From contig CDMY01000912.1 in assembly GCA_001179505.1 (NCBI GenBank), positions 1-11,199 of the forward strand: a stretch of DNA of 11,199 nt, in the 5' to 3' direction. Positions 1-8,732 of this stretch are shown here, piece after piece. The translations under genes were made by a program, and so were the position numbers. Numbering within the stretch: the first letter of the stretch is position 1; each line of letters starts with the position of its first letter. The notes under the pieces are model-generated. The model worked only from the letters and a program-made list of their open reading frames with translations, was not told the DNA's origin and made no database searches. The stretch is from Vitrella brassicaformis CCMP3155 (Eukaryota > Protista > Chromerida).

Positions 1-1
1 G

Positions 2-223
2 GGACACGATGCCAACGTGTTCATCGCCCACATGGCTCATGCGCTGTTGGAGAAGGAGGGGTGGAAGGGTCGGGGGTTCAGTCATGTGTCTGGATGGATT
101 CGCTCTCGCTTGTCTATCGCCCTCGCGCGTGCGACTAGCTTCTGTCTGCGTGGGGGAGGGAGGGGAGGGTTTGCGGGACTGGGGTGTGCTGATGGGGCGG
201 GGATTGATCCCTCCTCCCCTTGA
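2..223 (+). mobile_element. C-terminal end of a probable non-LTR retrotransposon ORF (CRE-like, restriction-like endonuclease end), 5'-truncated by the window
   Basis: The frame is open from base 2 to TGA 221-223: GHDANVFIAHMAHALLEKEGWKGRGFSHVSGWIRSRLSIALARATSFCLRGGGRGG... From memory this matches the C-terminal pattern of CRE-like RT/RLE proteins (G.EA..F...LA..L.EK......YS.V.GW.R.RLS.AL.RA...CLRG). It is intronless and free of microsatellites, unlike host genes here. The RT domain is not in the window. Confidence 0.65.
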
Positions 224-581
224 GCCTGTTTGACTCTGCGTGCTGATGGGACTGTATTTGTATGAGTATCACGAACACACAGACGAGTGTTACGGTTAAT
301 GACAGTTTCTCCCCTGTTCTCGGCCATGATCTTATGGCGGCCATAATCCATCGCGACCAGTTTCGCAAGAGAGCACCTAAGTGAATGACGTGTATGTATT
401 ATTCAATCAAGGGGTATGTATACAGTGTAGTCTGAGCGACCGTAGGGAGGTCACAAGTCGCCTCATCCCGGCGCGGATCTATCTTGATTGACACCGGTTT
501 CATGCAGCACCCTAGACCCACAGATGACGAGCCATTGCGGATTGCGCAGTACAACCAATCAATCGAGGTATGGGTCCACCG

Positions 582-603
582 CAGACAGACAGACAGACAG
601 ACA
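582..603. repeat. (CAGA)n microsatellite
   Basis: cagacagacagacagacagaca read directly. Confidence 0.95.
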
Positions 604-1063
604 TGCACTCCACCACCTTCACCACAACACACCACCAGGTGACCACACCACAAACAGTCAGACATACGGCAAGTCCCGAAGGGGTCGCCTCCCCGCCGCC
701 TTGTTTGACATACATAGACACATAAGGCACCAAGGCCGGCACCGCAGCACACGCACAGGCATAACAAACGATGCAGCAGAGATACGGACGGACGGACACA
801 CGGACATGCCACATAGCGAGCGACCCGCCGATTGTCCCTCCCTCCCCCGCGCTCCGTTCCCCTTTCCCGCCTCTCTCCGTCTTGCGCCTGACTCCTTTAG
901 CGAAAAATGCAGCGACATTCATCCATCACACATAGCCAAGATGATAGGTTCCATCCATCCATCGGTTGGCAGGTCAGAGAAAGGGCGACACTGAAACACT
1001 CTCACGATAGAAAAGACAAGGAGAGGGGGGGGAGAGGGGGGCAGAGAGGAGGGGGATCCGTCA

Positions 1064-1101
1064 GTCTGTCTGTCCGTCTGTCTGTCTGTCTGTCTGTCTG
1101 T
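1064..1101. repeat. (GTCT)n microsatellite
   Basis: gtctgtctgtccgtctgtctgtctgtctgtctgtctgt, with one interruption. Confidence 0.95.
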
Positions 1102-2173
1102 TAGGCATCGATGAGAGCCTGGCTGGCCGGCCGGTCGTCATGTGGCCAACCAGGCCGCACAAACACACACACGGTCATCAATCCATCCGCTGTGAGATGA
1201 GAAAGTCCTTACCGATTGACTGACGATATGGATATAGATGATAGAGTAATAAGCTTACCTTCATGCCAGGCTACGCAAAACGACATGGATGGATGGATGG
1301 ATGTAGGCATAAGTGTATGTAGCGAGGGAGAACAAACCGACGGGCCGACGGGGGGCCCGACCGACCGACCGACCGAGCCACCGATACGTGAGTGTCACTG
1401 CCATGAATCCACCCACATGCTCTCTCTCTCTCTCTCTCTCTCCTCCATCCCGTTAAGCAGTCATGGCACGGCATGGCACGATTGATGCACGGTAGGCACA
1501 CACCCCACCCATGGAATGGAATGGACGGAAGCAAGCAGAAACGTCCCCAGCGCTCAGATAAATGACGGTATGGTATGCATGCAGGCGCCCAGCCAGGCAT
1601 GTGGGTAAGGTAAGGTAAATAAGTCAGTAGCTACGCAGGCAGACAGGTAGGGAGGCGCGCAGAGAGGAGAGGAGACGAGAAGGGCAAAGCAAAGCAAAGC
1701 AAACAAAGCGATGGAAGGTAGCCAGGCCAGGCAGCTCCGGTCGGTCTGGCCGGCCATGCAGGCAGGCAAGGCAGGCAGGCAGTAACAATCCACTCGAGCC
1801 GCGACACTCGAAGAAGTTGGCAACTACATATGAGTGCTGACGCATAGATGCATAACAACGATCCCTCGGTTTGCCGTGTGTGGCTCGGCTCTCTCTCTCT
1901 CTCTCTCTCTCGCTTAAGCACGACCCTCCTTCCCTCCCTCCCCCCTGTCCCCCTCACTCAGACTCCCAGCTGCCTTTCGACACCAATCACGTCCAGAAAA
2001 GTGGTATCTGGCCTCGCCCATGCTTGCCTGACTGCCTGCCTGCCTGTCTGTCTGTCCGGCTGTGTGACCGGCCGGCTCCCGGCTGTGAGCATGTGCATGC
2101 GAATTAGGACTAGCCTTCATCAACAGCAGCAAACCCACACACAAGGACACTACTACAGGCCGCATCTCGGGCC

Positions 2174-2213
2174 GGGGGGAAGGGAGGGAGGGAGAGGGAG
2201 GGGAGGGAGGAGG
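2174..2213 (+). repeat. (GGGA)n-type purine tract with G-quadruplex potential
   Basis: ggggggaagggagggagggagagggaggggagggaggagg contains more than four G3+ runs with 1-3 nt loops. Confidence 0.75.
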
Positions 2214-2273
2214 CCAGAAGGCAGCGCAAGCAACTGAGCGAGTAGGGTAAGTATACATGTGGTTGGTATGTGG

Positions 2274-2355
2274 CACACACACACACACACACACACACAT
2301 ATTCGCGCGCACACACACACACACACATATTCGCGCACACACACACACACACACA
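2274..2355. repeat. Compound repeat: (CA)n-TATTCGCG(CG) twice, then (CA)n
   Basis: Read directly: (ca)n tattcgcgcg (ca)n tattcgcg (ca)n. Confidence 0.9.
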
Positions 2356-3164
2356 AACATACATACACGCAGCAGCAAGCGAGAAAACTGCTACCTTTCC
2401 TGACTGTCTGTCTGCCTGATGGTGGATGGATGGACGGCGACCAGTCGTCTGCCTGGCCTGTCTGCTGCTGAGAGACAAAGCGGAATGGCATGGCATGGCA
2501 GTGCCGCCACCAAGCCACGTTCTCTGCTGCCGTGTGTCACCTTGCTCGACGTGACGGAGGGACACCGCATGGTGCAACATGCCAAGTCCCGCCGTCCCGC
2601 CCAACATCGCAACACGCAGCGAGCAGAAAACGCAGCGGAAAGCGAAAGCAGGAACCACTCACTTATCGTGTCTCGTACGCGACTTGTCAGTCAGCTTCAA
2701 AGCATTCACTCATCGACCCCCCATCAGTGAGTCAGTCAGTCAAGCACCCGTCGAGACGAGACGAACGAACCAATCGATCGGCGATAGCCCCTCTCCCCGC
2801 CCGCCTGTTCGGTCCTCCATCCATCCATCCATCACACGAGTGTCCGTATGGTTATGCATCCATCCATCGATCCAATGCTTGCAAAAAGAGGACACCTTTG
2901 TCCACAAGAGACGACCCCGCCCGTTAAGCAGCCATCCATCCATCCATCCATGTATGTGTGTATGTATGTGTGTATGTGAGTCATGCATGCTTTACTGATG
3001 AGGCAGGCAGGCAGGCAGGTCGGCAACCACGACACGATGGGCGCGAGAGCAGGAAGGAAGGAGGCCTGCAGGCAGCCTGGCTCTCCCCCTTTCTCCCTCT
3101 GGGGACACCTATCTATCATGTCAGGAGCCCGCTCACCATACCATCCACAAACCAATCAATCGCT

Positions 3165-6100
3165 CTAGGCCGTATCTGACAAAACACACACAGCACACAC
3201 ACATCAGACGGTCCCCCTATTTCGATTCGCACCACTCGCTGACTTACCCATTTCCTCCAGCTTCGCCGGTGCCGCCGGTGCCGCCGCCGCCGCCGCCGCA
3301 GCAGCAGCCGCAGCAGGGGGACCACCCCCGATCATATCGTCCACCACACCATTATTCACCTGGTCCTGCTCCTCTCCCACCCCCTCTCCCATACCCACGG
3401 CCGCCCCCACACCGGTGTCGATGGCAGGAGCTGCCGGCGGCATGGCCTCGTCCTCGTCGTCGCCCTCAGACCCCATCATGGCCGCATGGCCCGATAGGGG
3501 CGCCGCAGCCGCCGCAGCGGGGGCGGGCTCGTCCTCCTTGACAGGGGGCTGGTCGAGCGGCGGGATGTCGTGGCCGTTGAAGATGGGGCCCTCCGGCACG
3601 ATCGGGGCGGGTGGGGCGGGGGGAAGCTCGTCTGCAGTCACACACACATGGCATGGACACATACATTGATTTGACTGGGGAGGATACGATACACACGGTC
3701 TGTCTGTGTGGTGCGTTATGCGGACCCGATGCAGTTGCCGGCTGCTGCTCAGTTTCGATTTTGTGTTGGTCGTCGAGTGCGGCCCCGCTGTCGTTGGCCC
3801 CGGCAGCCGCAGCCGCCGCGGCGGCGGGGTAGCCGCCACCCACACCCTCGGACGCACCACGAGACTTCAACCCACGGCTCCTCTGTGTTAACACGAGAGC
3901 ACGAGAGCATCCGTGTGTTGGTTGTGCTGTGTGAGAGATAGATAGTCCCTACCGTTCCGCCAGATCTCTGCAGTCGTTTGCTGGTGTGTGTGATTTCCTC
4001 GTCGTCCATGTCGTCGTCCAGGTCCTCGTCCTCATCCTCATCGCCCTCGTCATGCTCCTACAACACACCAGCATACCAGCCAGCCAGCCACACCACACAA
4101 ACACAGAGAGATGCATGCATCCCCTCTCCCTCCCTCTCTCCCTCTCTCCCTCTCTCCCTCCCTTGCTGTGCGTACCAGTCTGACGTCGGGTGCGACGAGT
4201 TTGATGGCCTTGTCGAGGGTCATGCCCAGCGACTGAGCGTGCTTGGACAAACCGCTCGCCAACGCCTGAGGCAGACGGGCTGAGGTGCGACCACTGCTGA
4301 CCCATTGGCACATAGCAACACATCCACACACACACACACACAGAGAGAGAGNNNNNNNNNNNNNNNNNNNNNNNNNNNNNNNNNNNNNNNNNNNNNNNNN
4401 NNNNNNNNNNNNNNNNNNNNNNNNNNNNNNNNNNNNNNNNNNNNNNNNNNNNNNNNNNNNNNNNNNNNNNNNNNNNNNNNNNNNNNNNNNNNNNNNNNNN
4501 NNNNNNNNNNNNNNNNNNNNNNNNNNNNNNNNNNNNNNNNNNNNNNNNNNNNNNNNNNNNNNNNNNNNNNNNNNNNNNNNNNNNNNNNNNNNNNNNNNNN
4601 NNNNNNNNNNNNNNNNNNNNNNNNNNNNNNNNNNNNNNNNNNNNNNNNNNNAGAGAGGGGGGGGGGGGGGGGCAGGTGTTTGGCTGCGTGTTGTGTTGCA
4701 GGTCCGTGTCATTTATGCGTGAGCGCGTGTGTGTATGGTTGGGAAGTACTATCGTGAGAGGATGCGCTGCAGGCGCTCGAAGAAGTGCCCCGCCGACAAC
4801 TCGATGGCCTCCTTCCACAGCCCGCACACCTGCACAACACAACACAACACACCACAACACATACACAGACGTCGAACCATGCCATGCCATAGGCAGATAG
4901 ATACACACGGGGAGTTGGGTGGGGTGGGAAGGTGGTGTGCCACTAAGGCACTGCATCCATCTGTGTGTCGTGTGCAGATCTGCCTGCACTCACCCAGGCA
5001 CACTCGAGCAGCTGCGGCACGGAGGCCATCTTGAGCTTGCAACCAACAGTCTTCTCGGCCCTGATTTGTCGATCGAAGGAAGGGATACCATACCATACCG
5101 CCACAGCGTGTGCTGTGCGCGCCATGTCTGTCTGTCTGTGTGTGATGGATTCCTCACTTGGTCTTGAGCTCAGCGTCCTGGAACGCGTAGGTAATCATGT
5201 GCTTCAAATGCTGGCGGCCTGCCACGGCAGATTACATTCACCGCACACACAACACACACCACCATACACACATTTGTTGGCTCCGTGGCGGCTGGCGAGT
5301 GTATCCCCACTCACCGGATTCGCCCATGCCGAGTTTGAGCTCCTTCCACCCGGGGCCGCTCTTGCCGCCGTGAGGGGGCTTCGGCACCGTCACTACCTGC
5401 AACCAACCACCACACCACACCACATCACACCACCACACACAGACACTTGGATGGTGGGTGGTTCCCTCCCCGCTGGCTGAGCTGACACACACAAGGAGGT
5501 ACCTTGAGGAAGTTAGAGAGTCGTTTCTCGCGGTCACCCCTGTCGTGTCCGCCGCCGTCGTCGATGCCGCCGTCGCGGCGCTTCCGCTTCAGACCCTTCA
5601 GCGCTGTGGCCAAACACTTCTCGTCACCACTCTCAGGACCATGCACTGCAGTACACCATCCACACCACACACACCACACAACACACAACACACACCATGC
5701 ACACGGGCATCCATCCATCTCCATGTGTGGGGCGCATCCCATCCACGTGAACCCCTTTCATTTCAGTGAGTCAGGTCGCTCGCTCACTTTCGTCATCGTC
5801 CCTGAGGAGGCTGGTTCTGCCTCTGCCGCCGACTTTGATCTTGCGCGACTTGGGGGTGGTCGACTTGGAGGTGCCGCGCTTCTTCGGACGACTCGCAGCC
5901 GGCGCACGCTTCGATGACGCACGACCCGACTTGGACGGCTGATGGATGAGCAAAGAACAAACAAGAGAGCAGAGAGAGAAGAGCCAGAGATTCATGTGTG
6001 TCTGTCTGTCTGCGTGGAAAGGTAGGGAGGCGGTGGTGGGTCTGTGTGGGTGTAGGTGTGCGTACGCCTACAGCTTCGGACGGGTGGTTGTTGTTCTCCG

Positions 6101-6552
6101 ATGGGAGCTCCTCCTTCTTCAGACGCTGGCCTGGTGGACACAGCATCACACACACACACACGACAGGTACCGACCTTCCGCGCCACATCCAGGCACCAAA
6201 CCCACCACACGCACCGCAGCACGGCCACAGACGACCTCCTCTTATCTGATCTCCCCCCACCCCCCTCACAGGGCCCTCCCCGCCCTCCCTCACCTCTCTC
6301 GTGGAGTATGAGTGCATTCCTGAGCAGTTCCTGCCTGTCCATGGGCGGCAGCTGCGAGAATTCATCTCTGGTGAAGAGCACCGCCTCGAGGACGTCCTCG
6401 AGGCTCGGTTTTCCCTGAGGCTCCTCGTGTTTGCCCGCCAGTCGCTTGGCGTCCGTGAGGAGGCACTCTCGGTTGGACGGCGGCAGCCGCTCGTAGTCGT
6501 CGCATGAGAAGGTCACCGAGTGGAGGAGGCTGGTCGTGGACGAGTCCTGCAT
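3165..6552 (-). CDS. Uncharacterised ~559-aa protein, 13 exons: N-terminal tandem repeat, basic NLS-like region, central globular region, acidic and Ala/Pro-rich C-terminus
   Basis: Exons (minus): 6552-6294, 6130-6072 (or -6066), 5938-5788, 5645-5503, 5396-5315, 5218-5158, 5060-4994, 4829-4750, 4296-4176, 4057-3953, 3882-3726, 3631-3248, 3175-3165. All introns are GT..AG with matching phases. Total 1680 nt, ATG in accATG context, TAG at 3167-3165. Translation: MQDSSTTSLLHSVTF...KGLKRKRRDG...EKRLSNFLKVVTVPK...QHLKHMITYAFQD...QLLECAWVCGLWKEAIELSAGHFFERLQRILSRY...EHDEGDEDEDEDLDDDMDDEE...KLEEMDTA*. No family recognised. A strong acceptor at 6591-6590 implies an upstream exon (probably UTR, but the frame is open to it). 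One intron contains an N gap. Confidence 0.85.
4352..4651. other. Assembly gap (300 N) inside an intron, flanked by (GA)n on both sides
   Basis: N run. The flanking exons join in phase (TA|C = Tyr), so no exon needs to be hidden in the gap. Confidence 0.95.
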
Positions 6553-6892
6553 GGTGCACGACTGAATGCCGCCGGACGGACACTCAGACCTGTGGAGGGA
6601 GGGGGATCGGAGGGAGGGCGATGCTGATCAGCTCAACAAAGCAACAGGACGGCAGCAGCTCTGTAGGGGAGCTGCGTGCGATGGGGATGCGTGCGCAAAA
6701 ACTACCACTCAGAGCGCGAGCTGCTGTGCGAGCTGAGGTGGCGAAACAGGAAAACAGCAACGACTGAGTGAGTAGGAGCCTTGTCGTCAGTCAGTGCCGT
6801 CGGTGTTGTTGACACATCCCATGCACGGCGGCGAGAGAGAGCGGGGGAAGGATGGCGGAGGCTCGCCCGAGCCGCCGCCCCTCTCACAGGCC
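6553..6892. promoter_or_regulatory. Putative bidirectional promoter/5'UTR region between divergent genes
   Basis: 340 bp between ATG 6552(-) and ATG 6893(+). Contains a minus-strand acceptor (ccctccacag|, 6590), a plus-strand donor (gtgagt, 6768) and a plus-strand acceptor (ctctcacag|, 6889). No promoter motif identified; inferred from gene orientation only. Confidence 0.5.
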
Positions 6893-7968
6893 ATGAAGGA
6901 GTGAGCACACCACCTGCCACACCGCACTGGATGATTCACACCACACGAAGGCGACAGACGATTGATTGTGTCCTCCTTTCTGTCTCTGGTTGTGTATTGT
7001 GGGTGTGTCGGTGTGTGTGCGTCGGTCAGTTTGTATTATGATTTGTTGAGCGGCAAGGGTGCGCAGAGCAAGAGCCGGACGCCGGCAGAGATCGACCACG
7101 CCGAGAAGTTCCAGGAGGAGCTGCAGGAGGAGTACCAAAGGCAGCTGCAGCGCGAGCGGGACCACAAACTCAAAGAGGAGAAGAAGTAATCATCACTCAC
7201 ACACACACAGCCATGGCATCATGGCCACCAACACAGCCATAACACTGCATGCCTCACGTTCTGTTGTCTGCTCTCTCTCTGTTGGTCTTCCGTTTGTTTG
7301 TGTGTATTTACTGTCTGTCCTCCCTCCCTCCATTTCCGCGGAGATGCGGCCTACGCTCTCTGTGCTGCCACGATATCAACGGCCGACATGACTGACTGAC
7401 ATGGACATGAGCACACCCCTCCCTCCCTCCCTGTCTCATCAATCACCCGATGACCGAGCCGCCGCTGATGCTGCTGCTGGTGGTGCTGGTGCTGGTGCTG
7501 CAGGCGCATGAAGAAGCTCAAGAAGAAGTCCAAGAAGGATGGGCGGGGCGATGACAGCCGGCGGGGAGGCAATGGTGGTGGTGGTGGTGGTGGCGGCAGC
7601 GATGAGGATGAGGAGGGCGATGACTTCTTCATGATGGACGCGAGCATCAGGGCGGCGCGGGAGGAGCAGCGCAAGGCCGACAAGAGGCGCCAGAAGGAGA
7701 AAGAGCGAGAGAGGGACAAAAAGAGGAAGCGCAAGAGGCGCGACAGCAGCGACAGCGACGACAGCGACAGTGACGATAGCAGTGACAGCGAGGTGGGTAT
7801 GTGTGTGGTGCCCTTCTTGATCTCTTTCTGACTCTCGGGGTGTGTGTGTGTGTGTGTGGATTGGATTATCAGGATCGTCACCGCAAGAAGCGCCGGTCTG
7901 ACAAGAAGAAGAGCCGCAAGGACAAGAAGGCCAAGAAGAAACGACACGGCAGCGGCGACAGCAGCTGA
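6893..7968 (+). CDS. Small Lys/Arg/Ser/Asp-rich low-complexity protein (~182 aa), probably nuclear, with a predicted coiled coil; 4 exons
   Basis: Exons 6893-6900, 7030-7185, 7504-7792, 7873-7968 (549 nt), GT..AG and in phase. Translation: MKDLYYDLLSGKGAQSKSRTPAEIDHAEKFQEELQEEYQRQLQRERDHKLKEEKKRMKKLKKKSKKDGRGDD...RDSSDSDDSDSDDSSDSEDRHRKKRRSDKKKSRKDKKAKKKRHGSGDSS*. The start is uncertain: an upstream coding exon (e.g. 6681-6737 spliced to 6890) is also frame-compatible. Composition resembles spliceosome- or nucleolus-associated proteins, but no family is recognised. Confidence 0.8.
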
Positions 7969-8353
7969 GGGAGGTGGTCAGCTGTGGTTGGTGTACAAGT
8001 TGAGTTGAGTTGTGTTGTGTGGGTAGCCGGCCGAGTATCCTTTTGGTAGGCAGGCAGGCTGCCTAACAGGCTGTCAGCGGTGGTTAATTAGCTCAGCTTC
8101 CGGAGGGACAAGGGCGGGAGAGGAGAGTGGGCGGGCGGGCGGGCGGGCGTGCAGTGCACTGGCGAGACGATACACTGGCATACATACAACGGTTGGTTGA
8201 TGGAACTCTCCCGGCCAGTCAAGCCCGCCCATCTCAGACACGGATTCATTCGTCTCAGCACCAATTAACCAATGACACATACAAACAAAACACTTAGTAT
8301 CTGCACGTCGTAGGCCACATTCCATTCCACCCAGAGACAGCTCGATAGCTCCC

Positions 8354-8653
8354 NNNNNNNNNNNNNNNNNNNNNNNNNNNNNNNNNNNNNNNNNNNNNNN
8401 NNNNNNNNNNNNNNNNNNNNNNNNNNNNNNNNNNNNNNNNNNNNNNNNNNNNNNNNNNNNNNNNNNNNNNNNNNNNNNNNNNNNNNNNNNNNNNNNNNNN
8501 NNNNNNNNNNNNNNNNNNNNNNNNNNNNNNNNNNNNNNNNNNNNNNNNNNNNNNNNNNNNNNNNNNNNNNNNNNNNNNNNNNNNNNNNNNNNNNNNNNNN
8601 NNNNNNNNNNNNNNNNNNNNNNNNNNNNNNNNNNNNNNNNNNNNNNNNNNNNN
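8354..8653. other. Assembly gap (300 N) between convergent genes
   Basis: N run. Confidence 0.95.
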
Positions 8654-8732
8654 CCCGCGGCAGGATGTCAGGTGCTGTCGCGCATTCTCTCACTCGGTCA
8701 AGTCAATCAGTCAGTCCGTCCTGCATGTCATG

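Noticed and set aside
186-250. 11-bp direct repeat gtgctgatggg (186-196 and 240-250) around the retroelement stop codon
   Set aside because: Only two short copies, both apparently inside the element, so not a target-site duplication or an array.
332-346. Near-palindrome ttatggc-g-gccataa
   Set aside because: A 7-bp stem with a 1-nt loop and no partner or context; expected by chance.
668-689. Possible hairpin ggcaagtcccgaaggggtcgcc (UUCG loop on the minus strand)
   Set aside because: The stem has mismatches and is short; no recognisable ncRNA context.
399-3160. Many ORF-track entries in this region (e.g. 488-994, 1848-2237, 1914-2378, 2110-2658)
   Set aside because: The translations are dominated by microsatellite-derived HT/CV/LS/PA runs, with no recognisable domain or consistent exon chain.
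3949-4989. Long ORFs spanning the N gap (346 aa, 220 aa, 145 aa, 150 aa; also 8265-8693)
   Set aside because: Their length is an artefact of N runs translating as X.
4965-5917. Plus-strand ORFs 4965-5480, 5458-5769 and 5504-5917
   Set aside because: Antisense shadows of GC-rich minus-strand exons plus intron repeats.
8092-8170. tRNA-like start GGTTAATTAGCTCAG
   Set aside because: No complementary D-stem, anticodon arm, TTC T-loop or acceptor 3' strand follows.
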